NCBI GenBank assembly: GCA_000004695.1
Contig: CM000152.2
Span: 4,512,001-4,576,000 of the forward strand
DNA length: 64,000 nucleotides
Origin: Dictyostelium discoideum
Taxonomy: Eukaryota
Reading direction: 5' to 3'
Part shown: piece after piece, positions 13,941 to 28,911 of the stretch
Numbering within the stretch: the stretch's first letter is position 1
How the letters are laid out: each line of letters begins with the position of its first letter
Position numbers and translations under genes: made by a program
The notes under the pieces: model-generated
Told to the model about the DNA's origin: nothing
The model's input: the letters and a program-made list of their open reading frames with translations, nothing else
Databases searched by the model: none

Positions 13941-16900
13941 ATGGAACAATTAAAATTATTACTATGGAACTGCAGAGGTAATCAATCAACCAACGCTAAG
14001 AATAAAACAGAAGAAACGATAAAAAGAATTGGCACTCAATTAGCACTCCTAACTGAAACTAATTTCAATGGATTCAACCACCACAAAACAATGTTCAACT
14101 TTGAAAGAATAGATCATGGTTCAGGTAAAGGAACTGGCATAGCAATAGAAAATAGAGATACAAGAAAAGGCCACATATCAATAAACTTCAAAGACGATGA
14201 TGGTAGAATACTATCAATTAAATACAATTCCTTTAATTCTATCAACATATTATTGATCTATGCTCCAGCGACTATATCTGAAAGAAACACCTTCATAATC
14301 AACTCAAAATCACTGTTTAAAAAATATAATTCAATCAACCATCAAATAATAGCAGGCGACTTCAATAACAACCACGATTGCAACAGCTTCTTCGGTACTG
14401 AATTACGTAAAATAATAGACCAAGACATGCTACTAGATACTGGTATTGAAGAAAACACTCCAACATTTCCAAGATCAATGAAGAGACTAGATAGAATCTA
14501 CTGTCATCCAACACTACTAAACCAAAATTCAAAACTGGTAGTCCACAACACAGTATTTAACAAATCAGATCACTTTCCCATCACAATCACAATACAAACC
14601 AACAGAGAAACAACAACAACAACAACAACCAAATTAGAAAGACTCCCTTGGACATTATGTAAAGAAATTCTCAACAACAAACATATACATGATGGGTTAT
14701 CAGAATTAATCAGTAAGAACAAAGATAAGATCAAATCAGTGGAGGAATGGACGAAATTTAAAAATAATGTCATCAGAGATTATTTTAAAAAAGAACAAAA
14801 CAAAATAAAGAAAGAAAAGAACAAAAGAAAATACGTAATCCACAAATTACTTGGAAATAGTGATATCATTCCAAAGATGAGAAAAGAACTCAATGAAGAA
14901 ATAAGTAGAATATTAGAAGAAGAAAGAAAGGTAAAAGCATGGGATATCAAATTAAAACTCCACCTGCATCAAGAAACACCAAGCAAATACCTCACAAGTA
15001 TCCTTAAATCCAGAGCCAAAGATAAATCAATATTCCAAATAAAAGATAAAGATAATAAGACCATATCAGATAAAGAGAACATAGCAAAAAGATTTGTTGA
15101 ATTCTATCAAGATCAATATGAAGAGAAAGAAGATAACGAAGAAACCCACAAGAAGTTATTAGAAAAATGGGAAGTAGACGTTGATTTAATCAAGAAACTC
15201 GAGATAGACAGACCGATAAGAATACATGAAGTGACCAAAGCAATCAAAACTTCAAGTATCCACAAATCTCCAGGTTTAGACGGTATCAATGCACTATTCT
15301 ACAAGTACCACATCAACTCAATAGCAAGAATATTGACTATAGCTTTCAACGACCTCCTCACAAATAAGAAAGAAATCCCCACAAAATTCAAAGAAGGAGT
15401 AATAACAACAATATTCAAAAAAGGAGATGAACTAAACATTTCAAATAGAAGACCAATCACCCTTCTCAATACAGATTACAAAATTTTAAGCAAAATTCTC
15501 AACAGTAGATTATTAGATATCACCAGTAAAATTATCAACAAATTTCAAAACGGCTTTGTTCCAAACAGGTTCATCCAAGACAATATTCAGATCATGAAGG
15601 AAGTAATAGAAATAAGTAACAAAAGAAAGAACAATACACTCATTACCTTTTACGATTTTAACAAAGCATTCGATTCAATCAGCCACAAGAGTATCACAAG
15701 AACATTAGAGCATATTGGTATCCCCCCAAAATTCACAGCGATCCTACTAAACCTACTCAAAGATACTAAAAACAAAATAAAGATCAACGACTTTTTAGTC
15801 AATGGAATAACAATCAGAACAGGAACAAAACAAGGAGACCCAATATCACCAACAATCTTTGCTCTAGTTTTAGAACCACTTCTAATAGATATCATCAATG
15901 ATAATACAATCAAAGGCTTCACTCTACCAAATTCCAAATCATTAAAACTCACTGCATTTGCTGACGACATAGCAACCTTTACAAACTCCACAGAAGAACT
16001 AATGAAAATTAATACTAAAATCCAAAAGTACTGCTCAGCAACGTCATCATCGTTAAACAAAGAGAAAACAGTAATGATAGCAATAGGAGATAAACCACAC
16101 GATCTACCATTCCAAGAGAGTACAGTCCCAGAAAGATATCTTGGCCTCAATTTCACCAAAACAGGTTTAAATTCAAAATACAACACTTTAATCCAAGAAA
16201 TGAAAAACAATCTAATCAAATGGAAATCACAAGCAATAACGATGAAGGCAAAGATGACAATTCTCAAAACATACGTTCTATCCAAATTAACATACCATCA
16301 ATACATGGATAATCTAAATGAAGAACAAATTGAGGAAATCAATAACATGACCAGATGGTTCTTATTCTCCTCAGTTAAGAATACATATACAGAAGAGAGA
16401 AAATACAAAACTATGATGAAAATAGACAGAGCATATGCAGATTGGAAAGAAGGAGGCATAAAATTATGGGATATAGAACTAAGACATATAGCATTCAAAA
16501 TCTGGTACATGAACAGGCTACTCCATAACAACTACAACAACAACAACAATACCTTACAAGAATGGTACATGGAGCAATTAAGTAGAAAAAAAGCCCACAC
16601 TTCAACCCTCAACGATATGTGCAGACACTGGGGTGTATTCAGAGTCAAATTTTACCAAAACCATCCAAAGATAAATGAACTTCCAGACTGTATAAGAAAC
16701 GACAATGACGAACCACTAAAACTGAAAGAAATTTACGAACTCATGATCAAAGACAGACACCCAACACCAAGAAGAACAGAATGGCAGAAGTTATGGGCGG
16801 TGAGATACAACACAGCAATACCCAAAGTATTCATAAACATCAACAGCATTTCTCACCAAAAAGGTAGAAACACCCTCTTCAGATTCTTCTCAAGATCACT

Positions 16901-17384
16901 TCCAGGTATCAACCACGAAAGAGACACCAGATGCAAGATCTGTGGCCACCTATTCAGAGACCCTTATTCTCACCTCTTCACTCTATGCCAAGATATCCTA
17001 GATATTGAAAAAACCATCATATCAACAGTTAACAAATTATCATTCATCAAAATCCACAGATGGTCAATGGATACCTTAGACATATCAAAATACAACAGAA
17101 CTGAGAGAATCTTCCCCAATCTCATAGGAATAATAGCACACCAATTATGGAAGATAATCTGTCACAAATTGTTCAACACTGATGAAAGCAAACCAGAGCC
17201 AAAATTCGAACAAAAGGTCATAGAAACAGAATTACTAAATCTCATCGAAACTGAAAAATTCATCACACTAAAGAAAATCAAACACGACGAAGCAATACTA
17301 AAAAATACAAATCAAGATCTTCACAAATACAAATTCAACAAAGCCTGGCAAACCCCAGCAGCTCCGAACCCTCTTCCAATTTAA
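13941..17384 (+). CDS. Non-LTR retrotransposon ORF2 (endonuclease plus reverse transcriptase), 1147 aa, apparently intact.
   Basis: Uninterrupted ORF in the track with EN and RT motifs as above. The FADD box stands in for YXDD. Confidence 0.8.
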   Translation: MEQLKLLLWNCRGNQSTNAKNKTEETIKRIGTQLALLTETNFNGFNHHKTMFNFERIDHGSGKGTGIAIENRDTRKGHISINFKDDDGRILSIKYNSFNSINILLIYAPATISERNTFIINSKSLFKKYNSINHQIIAGDFNNNHDCNSFFGTELRKIIDQDMLLDTGIEENTPTFPRSMKRLDRIYCHPTLLNQNSKLVVHNTVFNKSDHFPITITIQTNRETTTTTTTKLERLPWTLCKEILNNKHIHDGLSELISKNKDKIKSVEEWTKFKNNVIRDYFKKEQNKIKKEKNKRKYVIHKLLGNSDIIPKMRKELNEEISRILEEERKVKAWDIKLKLHLHQETPSKYLTSILKSRAKDKSIFQIKDKDNKTISDKENIAKRFVEFYQDQYEEKEDNEETHKKLLEKWEVDVDLIKKLEIDRPIRIHEVTKAIKTSSIHKSPGLDGINALFYKYHINSIARILTIAFNDLLTNKKEIPTKFKEGVITTIFKKGDELNISNRRPITLLNTDYKILSKILNSRLLDITSKIINKFQNGFVPNRFIQDNIQIMKEVIEISNKRKNNTLITFYDFNKAFDSISHKSITRTLEHIGIPPKFTAILLNLLKDTKNKIKINDFLVNGITIRTGTKQGDPISPTIFALVLEPLLIDIINDNTIKGFTLPNSKSLKLTAFADDIATFTNSTEELMKINTKIQKYCSATSSSLNKEKTVMIAIGDKPHDLPFQESTVPERYLGLNFTKTGLNSKYNTLIQEMKNNLIKWKSQAITMKAKMTILKTYVLSKLTYHQYMDNLNEEQIEEINNMTRWFLFSSVKNTYTEERKYKTMMKIDRAYADWKEGGIKLWDIELRHIAFKIWYMNRLLHNNYNNNNNTLQEWYMEQLSRKKAHTSTLNDMCRHWGVFRVKFYQNHPKINELPDCIRNDNDEPLKLKEIYELMIKDRHPTPRRTEWQKLWAVRYNTAIPKVFININSISHQKGRNTLFRFFSRSLPGINHERDTRCKICGHLFRDPYSHLFTLCQDILDIEKTIISTVNKLSFIKIHRWSMDTLDISKYNRTERIFPNLIGIIAHQLWKIICHKLFNTDESKPEPKFEQKVIETELLNLIETEKFITLKKIKHDEAILKNTNQDLHKYKFNKAWQTPAAPNPLPI

Positions 17385-17389
17385 GTAGT

Positions 17390-17450
<61 letters not shown>

Positions 17451-17754
17451 ATATAGTTTAAAAAATTTAATACAATTGAATAATAATAATAAAACCTTTT
17501 AACAAACACCGCTGAAAAGACACAAGGACATTCCTTGAAGGTCTGATCACAGGTAAAAAAAAAAAAAAACACCGCTTTTAGGTAAAAAAAAAAAAAAAGT
17601 TATAATATATAAATAAAAACGTAAAACTGATTTTTCGAAAAACGAAAAATTGTTTTTATATTTTATTTTTATTTTTTATTTTCGGTTTTAACAAACCGAA
17701 CTTCGTAAAGTACCAAAATACTTTACAATCCATATTTAATTTTCATTTTGCAGA

Positions 17755-18330
17755 AAACGCACATGTCCCATGCCAAAATTAATATGGCTGCTGAAATTAA
17801 TATGGTAATTTTGGCATGGGACTTATGTCTGCTAGAATTACCACATTAATTTCAGCAGCCATATTAATTTTGGCATGCACAGACCAACTATTTTAGGCTG
17901 AAATTAATATGGCTGCCGAAATTAATATGGTAATTTTGGGCATAGAAAAATAAAAAAAAAACTCAAAGTCATTTAATTAATAATCATCTCAAATATAAAA
18001 GAATTAAAAATAATAAAAAAAAACTCATGGGATTAATTACAGTAACAATACTGATGACAAGAATAATTATAAAATAAAAAAAAAAAAAAAATCTTTTTTT
18101 ATCTTTTTATTTTTATTTCTTATTTATTTTCATGTGTTCAAAAAAAGTGGTGGTTTAAAACAATTTATTTAATTTTAAACTGTATGATTGTTTAAACAAT
18201 TTCGAAATAAGTTTCTTTAAAGAAATTCTGTATTTCTTTTTTTTATTTTATTTTATTTCATTTCATTCTATTTTTTTTTTTTTATTTTTTTTATTTTTTT
18301 ATTTTTTTATTTTTTTTTTGTATATTTAAG

Positions 18331-18424
<94 letters not shown>

Positions 18425-18426
18425 TA

Positions 18427-18470
<44 letters not shown>

Positions 18471-19575
18471 ATTACTATTATTTAATTGACCGAAGGGATA
18501 TCTTTTACTTTTTTTTTATATATAATTGTTCGAAACTTTAAAAAATAAAATAAAAAAAAAAAATTAAAAAAAAAAATATAAAAAAAAAATTAAAAAAATT
18601 AAAAAGTATTTTTTTTTTTTATTTTTTTATTTTTCCACCCGAAGATGTCGCTTTTTTGGAATTTAAAGATGTTGAATTCAATCAAAGTGATGAATTTGGT
18701 GTATTATTTAACGAAGTTACTATTGATAAAAATGATTTGAAGTACAAAGTAAATGTTGAATTTAGAGAGGCGGAGACAAGTAAAATAAATTGCAAAGGGA
18801 TATCGAAATAACCAAAAGAAAATCAACAGATGACCTAGTTGAAAAAGCAATCGAGCACTCTACCACCGAAGTTAGATCAACACATGAAGCTGCAACAACT
18901 TCCAATAATGGTGGAATCACAACTCAATCAAACAAAAACAAAACGGGTAAAAAAAGAGCTAATCAATTACAATCTGATGCTGATTTTACCAAAAGATTTT
19001 CAAACGAAACTTCATCTGTTAGTAACAAAAGAGAAAGTAGAAGAGTCAATAATTAAAATAAAAAATTAAAAAAAAAAAATTATTTTAATTTTTTTTTTTT
19101 TTTTTTTTTTTTATTTTTAATTTTTTTTTTTATTTTTAATTTTTTTTTTTGTGAGCCGTGGACATAAATGAATAATAAAAAAATATATCAACTAAAAAAA
19201 AAAGAAATGAAAATAAATTATAAAATTAATAATAAAAATAAAAAGATAAAAATAAATAAAAGATATAAATAAAATAATATGAAAATTTTTTTTTTTTTTT
19301 TTTTTATTATTATAATTATTATAATAAAAATAATAATAATAATAATTTTAGTACTAAAATTTTGTTTATATTTGAGATGATTATTAATTAAATGACTTTG
19401 ACTTTTTTTTTTTTTCTATGCCAAAATTACCATATTAATTTTGGCAGCTATGTACATGCTGAAATTAATATGGCTGCTGAAATTAATACGGTAATTTTGG
19501 CAGACATAAGTCCCATGCCAAAATTAATATAGCTGCTGAAATTAATATGGTAATTTTGGCATGGGACACGCACAA
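17755..19575. mobile_element. Foldback or TIR-type hairpin-forming element: arms of about 200 bp (17755-18010 and 19365-19575) in inverted orientation. Each arm is itself built of perfect palindromes. The spacer is about 1.35 kb.
   Basis: The reverse complement of 17893-17990 matches 19371-19470. Each arm contains self-complementary units such as ccaaaattaatatggctgctgaaattaatatggtaattttgg, which equals its own reverse complement, and gcatgggac...gtcccatgc. The spacer holds (ATT)n at 18340-18475 and small ORFs (18640-19056) of unknown meaning. The structure resembles what I recall of Dictyostelium thug/hairpin repeats. It sits between a TRE3 tail and a TRE fragment. Confidence 0.45.
18340..18475. 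repeat. (ATT)n microsatellite of about 45 units, non-coding, inside the foldback element spacer.
   Basis: Seen directly. Confidence 0.9.
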
Positions 19576-20078
19576 TATAAAAAATACAGGTTCAACTGGA
19601 ATTATATAAACACAAATCTTGACCTAGTCAGAACACATGCATATTGGAACTTAATCTCATTAGTTATTCACCAAATATGGATATGGTTATGCAAATCATT
19701 ATTTGACATCAATATAACTCAATCAATTGACAATTGGAACAACCAAATAAACAACACAACACTAGATTATGATATATTAAAATCAAAATGGCACAAGCTA
19801 ATAAGATTGGAATATTCAAGAACATTATCAAACTTTAACCAATACTCAATTAAAAACAACCTCACAAAAACTCAAAAAGAAACCCAATGGTCCGAAACCA
19901 TCAAAAAATTTAAAAAAGAATGGAGCATAAACACAAATGAACCAATTCCAACAATTACACCACCAATTAATTATTAATTACCTAATCTAAAATAACATAC
20001 CATTTTAAATTCACAAAAACTAAAAAACCTAAAATAAATAAATAAAAATAACATACTACAATAGTTTATTTATATCAA

Positions 20079-20103
<25 letters not shown>
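19561..20103 (+). mobile_element. 3' fragment of a TRE-type non-LTR retrotransposon: ORF2 C-terminus, 3' UTR and A-tail.
   Basis: ORF 19561-19977 (...HAYWNLISLVIHQIWIWLCKSLF...) followed by a 3' UTR ending in A19 (20085-20103). The reverse complement of 19870-20090 is nearly identical to 55321-55560, next to the tRNA-Arg locus. Confidence 0.6.
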
Positions 20104-20109
<6 letters not shown>

Positions 20110-20368
20110 TTTGGAGGTTAAGAAAATCATTTTTTTTTAAATTATTTCTACTATTTTAGAATAAATAAAAAAAAAAAAAAAAAAAAAAAACTGATGATGG
20201 TATAGGTTAAGGAAAAAAATTTAAATTTTCGGGTGACTGTAAAAAAACTAAAAATCTATTTTTACAAAAGTTGGGTTTTGTTTTAATTTCTAATTTTTTT
20301 ATTTTTGAATTTGAAAATCAAAACTCATCATTTATAAAAAAAAAAAAAAAACTAAAATAAAATAAAAA

Positions 20369-24318
<3,950 letters not shown>

Positions 24319-24336
24319 TGAGAATTAGGAATAAAT

Positions 24337-24881
24337 ATGGAAATTAAAAAAACTCATTTCTTTGAAAATTGGACTCAAACAAGCTTATCATATAATAAAC
24401 ATCATTATATTGCAAATATTAAAGGTACATCAAATATTACCATTGAAACTGAATGGTTTGATAGTTTAACAAATATTACATTTGCAAATCAAAAATTAAC
24501 AATGAATCCTCCAACTTTGAAATATAATATCAATATTACAAAATATGAATTTATTTCTAATATTAATTCACTTCAATTAGTTATTCAATCAAAACTATCA
24601 AAAAATTCAAATATTGATCATAGTATTTGTTCAGCTCAATCATTTGGGGAAACAACCTCAAATGATAATTCAAATTATATTCAATTATCAGTTGAAAAAC
24701 ATTCATTATATGGTCGTTTCATAAAAAGAGGTATAGTTGATAATAAAATCATTTCAATTAATAATGAACAATTAAATGATTTAAATTCTGAAAGTTCTTA
24801 TTATACATCAGAATCTCATATTGGTATAAATATACCTTGGTTTAAGGATTTAGTTCAATTAGATCCAGGTATGTATAGTTT

Positions 24882-24918
<37 letters not shown>

Positions 24919-25135
24919 AAGATGTATATATTATATAGTAAATTATTATATAAATACTAATTATCTTTTTTTTTATTTTTTTAATTAAAAATAATCATAA
25001 AAATTATTAGATTTTTCTGTATTATTAGATGGATCATCAACAAACTCAATATGCAAAGATGGTCACAGTTTATCAAAAAAAAGCGTTAATTGGTGTTATT
25101 GTAGGCTGTGTTGGTAATTATCGTTGTAGCATTTA
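24337..25135 (+). pseudogene. Paralogous glycoprotein gene or gene fragment (two exons) whose C-terminal TM/tail region is split across three reading frames; possibly decaying.
   Basis: The 207-aa ORF 24337-24960 is rich in NxS/T and ends in a GTATGT donor. Downstream, the expected TM (LIGVIVGCV...) and the basic tail (VIIVVAFIVVKYRTDMKIMK...) lie in different frames, separated by an A8 run and a single-base shift. Confidence 0.3.
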
Positions 25136-25875
25136 TTGTTGTAAAATATAGAACCGATATGAAAATTATGAAAATTAAGTTAATAAAATTAAACAAATAT
25201 TAAAATCATATTAACCAACAAGCAATGTCTTGAAAAAAAAAAAAATAATAATAATAATAAAATAGATAATATCTACTAAATAATTAATGATTATTTTTAG
25301 TTTTTATCTTTTTTCTACTCTTTTTTAAAAAATAGAATACAACATGAGATATTAATTTATTTATTTTTTATTTTTTATTTTTTTTTATTTTTTTTTTTTA
25401 TTTTTTTTTTTTATTTTTTTTTATTTATTATTTATTTGAGTTTAAAAATTGTTTTAACCAGTATATCACAGAGAACTTGATATTTCTTTAGGGTTTTTTT
25501 ATTTTGGGGTATTGAATCCATGAACTATGGCACACCATTTTTTCCAAGCATTTAATTAGATAAAGAATGAATAGAAAATTAAAAAAAAAAAAAAAAAAAA
25601 TATATATTATCAAGATCATGGATATTGATAATTTCAAACACTTCCAAAAATAGTTAAAATAGTTTGGTTAAATATAAATATTAAAAATATTTCAAAACCC
25701 TTTAAAAATTTTACCTCTTTTTGGTTATTTCTTTTTATTCATTTATTAAATTTTAGAAAATTAAAAAATATATAAATTAATTTTTTTTTTTTAAAAAAAA
25801 AACCTATAAATATTTGAAAACCAATTTCATTTTTATTTTTTATATTATAATTTTAATAAAGAAAGATAAAAAAAG

Positions 25876-26331
25876 ATGGTTAATGCAATTGTAATTATTA
25901 AGGGATTGGGGGTTGAAGGAAAAGTAACATTATCTCAAGAATGTGAAGGTAGTCCAATTTACATCAATGGAACAGTTAGTGGATTAACACCTGGTCAACA
26001 TGGTATGCACGTCCATGAATTTGGCGATACAAGTAATGGATGTATTAGTGCTGGAGATCATTATAATCCATTGCATAGAGAGCATGGTTCTCCTTTAGAT
26101 GTTGAACGTCATATTGGTGATTTAGGAAATATTAAAGCTCTTTCAAATGGTGTTGCAACAATTTCAATTAGAGATACTATAATGTCTTTATTTGGAGATA
26201 TATCTGTAATGGGTAGAACAATGGTAATTCATTCTGATAGGGATGATTATGGTAGAGGTAATTTTCCAGATTCAAAAACAGCTGGTCACTCTGGTAAAAG
26301 AGTTGGATGTGGTATTATTGCAAAGATTTGA
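25876..26331 (+). CDS. Cu/Zn superoxide dismutase (SOD1 family), 151 aa, single exon.
   Basis: [26 protein letters not shown]...HIGDLGNI...[13 protein letters not shown]...[12 protein letters not shown] contains all the Cu/Zn SOD metal-ligand His/Asp residues and the signature GFHVHQFGDNT / GNAGxRxACGVIG motifs. Confidence 0.9.
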
Positions 26332-27250
26332 ATAAAAAATAAAAAGGATAATATCAATTTTTGATTTTTTTTTTTTTTTACTTATTTATTTATTTGATTT
26401 TTTTTTTTACTTATTTATATATTTGATTTTTTTTTTTTTTTTTTAATTATTATTATTTTTAAAATTCTGATTAAAATTAGAAATACAAATATGAAATAAT
26501 CATAATGTGAAGTATTAGTTTGAATAACAAATATGGTTGTGTTATTATTAAATTGTGTGGAAGTTAAATTACTAATCCTTATATTCATTTATTTTAATAT
26601 TTGTGTATTTTATATAATGGATTCCATATTCAATTGAATTGTTAATTGAATAGTATTTGTAATATTATTTAAAAGGTATGATCTTGCTCTATCACTTCCA
26701 TCCCCAGTTCAATTCATGGTAGTGGTTCATTATCATCTATATCACCACATTCACTATTATTATATTTTATATGCTATTACTGTTTACAACTAATGTTAGT
26801 GGCTGTGGTGTCAGTAATAATTTTGGTGTTAAAAAAAAAAAATGAATGAAAAAAAAAATGAACACAAATTGAAAGTAAATTGTTAATTATTTTTTTAACA
26901 ATCAAATAACTGTTTTAAATTAATTTTTTTTTTTTATTTTTGGTAAATTGTTTTAATTATAAAAAAAAAAAATTTCAGTGTATTTTTTTTTTTTTTTTTT
27001 TTAATTATTTATTATTCTTTTTTTGGTTGATATTTTGTGAATAGTTTTATTTTTTTAAATTCTCGACACAAATTACTAATTTTTTTTTTTTTAATTAAAA
27101 ATAAATATTTATTTTTTCTTTTACTAAACCATGTTTATAGAGCTTGATGTCAGTATGTTTCTTTTATTATTTATTTTAATTTTTTTTTTTTTTTATTATT
27201 TCTATTAAGATTATCATTAACAATTTCTTCAAAACAATAATAAATAATAA

Positions 27251-28424
27251 ATGATTGCTAATAAAATTTCTGATATTAAAAACTCAAATATTTTTTCTAT
27301 ATATAAAAAAGATTATATTTTAGGAGTCAAGAATGTTGGTGACAAAGAGTTTAAAGTACACGCATTAAATGGTGGTAAATATTTAGATATGTCTTATAAA
27401 AGCGGTACATTATCAAAACTCCTTTTGATACAAGAGGTAATTATTTTTAGTTTTAATTTTAGAAGCTCTATTTAAAAATCAAAATTTTTAATAACATATA
27501 AAAACTTATTTTGTAATTTAGTATTTACATGATGTTTTTACAGAAGGTGAATTAGATGGTGTCATTATTAAAAGAAATTTATCAGAATCTAAATTTGATG
27601 AGTTTGAAGAAAAATATAGAGATTATAAAGTTGAATATGTCAAACATGGAGGTTTGGTAATCATTTATGAAAATCTATCAACTGGAATAGCTCACTTTTA
27701 TTGTACTGGTGCTTTATTTCCAATGTTTGAACGTGTAAATAGTTTTTATGTACAAAGGGTTTTAACTACTAGTTCTGATCTTTCAATTAGTCTTCCTCAT
27801 GGTTCTAGACAACCAGATTTAAGTTCATTACCTGATGGAAGACAAAGTTTGGTTCCTACAACTGTTGTTGAGATTGGTGTCTCACAATCAGTCACTCACT
27901 TAGTAAAAAAGTGTGCTTCTTTCTTTAGAAATACTCAAATCGAAATAGTATTGGGAATAAAGATTTTTTCAAAAGAAGATGATAATACATTTAGAGCAGT
28001 AGCATTTAATTATAGCCGTAATGGGTTAAATGGCAATTGTCTATCAATTGTTTCATTTGGCAGTTGCAGAACAACTGTACAAGATGAAGAACTCTTTTTA
28101 GAATTAACCAACAACAATCAAAATCCAAATATTCTTACAGGTGTTTTATCAACCAATCAAGTTTTAAACAATGCACCAAATACACCACCATTTGTAATCA
28201 ACGTACGTAAATATATTAATAAATTATAATTTTTAATCAATGTATTAATTACAAAAATTATTCTATAGATTCCATTAGCAGCATTATTAAATGGAGCTTC
28301 TCCACAACCACAATTTCTTCCAAACTTGTTACAAGCACCTATTAATATTCCAATTGATTTATTTACAGTAAAAATCTATTTAGAAACAAAAATTCCAGCA
28401 AATAGATCTTTTACATCTTTTTAA
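27251..28424 (+). CDS. Hypothetical protein, 341 aa, with a possible PD-(D/E)xK-like motif. Three exons: 27251-27436, 27522-28202 and 28269-28424.
   Basis: Exons are joined by GTAATT...AG and GTACGT...AG introns in phase 0. The middle exon contains ...GSRQPDLSSLPDGRQSLVPTTVVEIGVSQSVTHLVKK..., which resembles the PD...(E/D)xK core of Uma2/DUF820-type nuclease-fold proteins. That is a weak similarity read by eye. Confidence 0.5.
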
Positions 28425-28640
28425 TATATAAATAAGAAAAATTAGTTTATATTCAGTCTTATTCTCAACTTCACTTAATTACAAATAGAACTAATAAATA
28501 TAATTGGTTTTTATACCTTTTAACACATAAATATTTAGTTTAGTAAAATAGAATTTATTTATTTTATTTTATTACTTTTCTCCTATGAGTATAGAATATT
28601 GTTGTTAGTTTAGTATTTCTATCTTTGGAATTTTTTGACT

Positions 28641-28755
28641 ATTGAAGAACTGATAGGAATGATTATGGTAGAGGTAATTTCCCAGATTCAAAAACAACAC
28701 TAGTCACTCTGGTAAAAGAGTTGGATGTGGTATTATTGCAAGATTTAAATAAAAA
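28641..28755 (+). pseudogene. Duplicated fragment (about 110 bp) of the 3' end plus 3' UTR of the Cu/Zn SOD gene at 25876-26331; an unprocessed pseudogene remnant.
   Basis: 28652-28752 aligns with 26232-26338 (gatagg(g/a)atgattatggtagaggtaattt(t/c)ccagattcaaaaaca...gtcactctggtaaaagagttggatgtggtattattgcaa(a)gattt(g/a)aataaaaaa...atatcaattttg). It carries an indel (gctg -> caacacta) and a 1-bp frameshift. Confidence 0.6.
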
Positions 28756-28848
28756 AAATAAAATAAAATAGGGTAATATCAATTTTTGTTTTTAGTTTTT
28801 ATTTTTTTATTTATTTATTTATTTATTTATTTGTTTATTTGTTTATTT

Positions 28849-28896
<48 letters not shown>

Positions 28897-28911
28897 TTAT
28901 TATTTATTTTT

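Larger units (their letters stand above)
12846..17448 (+). mobile_element. Full-length TRE3-like (tRNA-gene-targeted, downstream-inserting) non-LTR retrotransposon: 5' UTR, ORF1, ORF2 (EN-RT) and an A48 tail.
   Basis: ORF1 13070-13402. A Thr/Pro-rich ORF 13423-13941. ORF2 13941-17384 with an APE endonuclease (LLWNCRGNQS...LLIYAPAT), a reverse transcriptase (FVPNRFIQDNI...ITFYDFNKAFDSISH...FADDIATF) and a C-terminal Cys/His region (CKICGHLF...HLFTLC). Poly(A) at 17398-17447. It lies about 970 bp 3' of tRNA-Leu, in the same orientation. Confidence 0.75.

Noticed and set aside
15650-16531. Minus-strand ORFs (211 aa and 77 aa) inside TRE3 ORF2.
   Set aside because: They are antisense to a long RT-motif-bearing ORF and are composition-driven.
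18640-19069. ORFs 18790-19056 and 18839-19069 inside the foldback element spacer.
   Set aside because: They overlap in two frames, lack an ATG in good context and carry no domain. They could be remnants of an element-encoded protein, but the evidence is insufficient to call a CDS.
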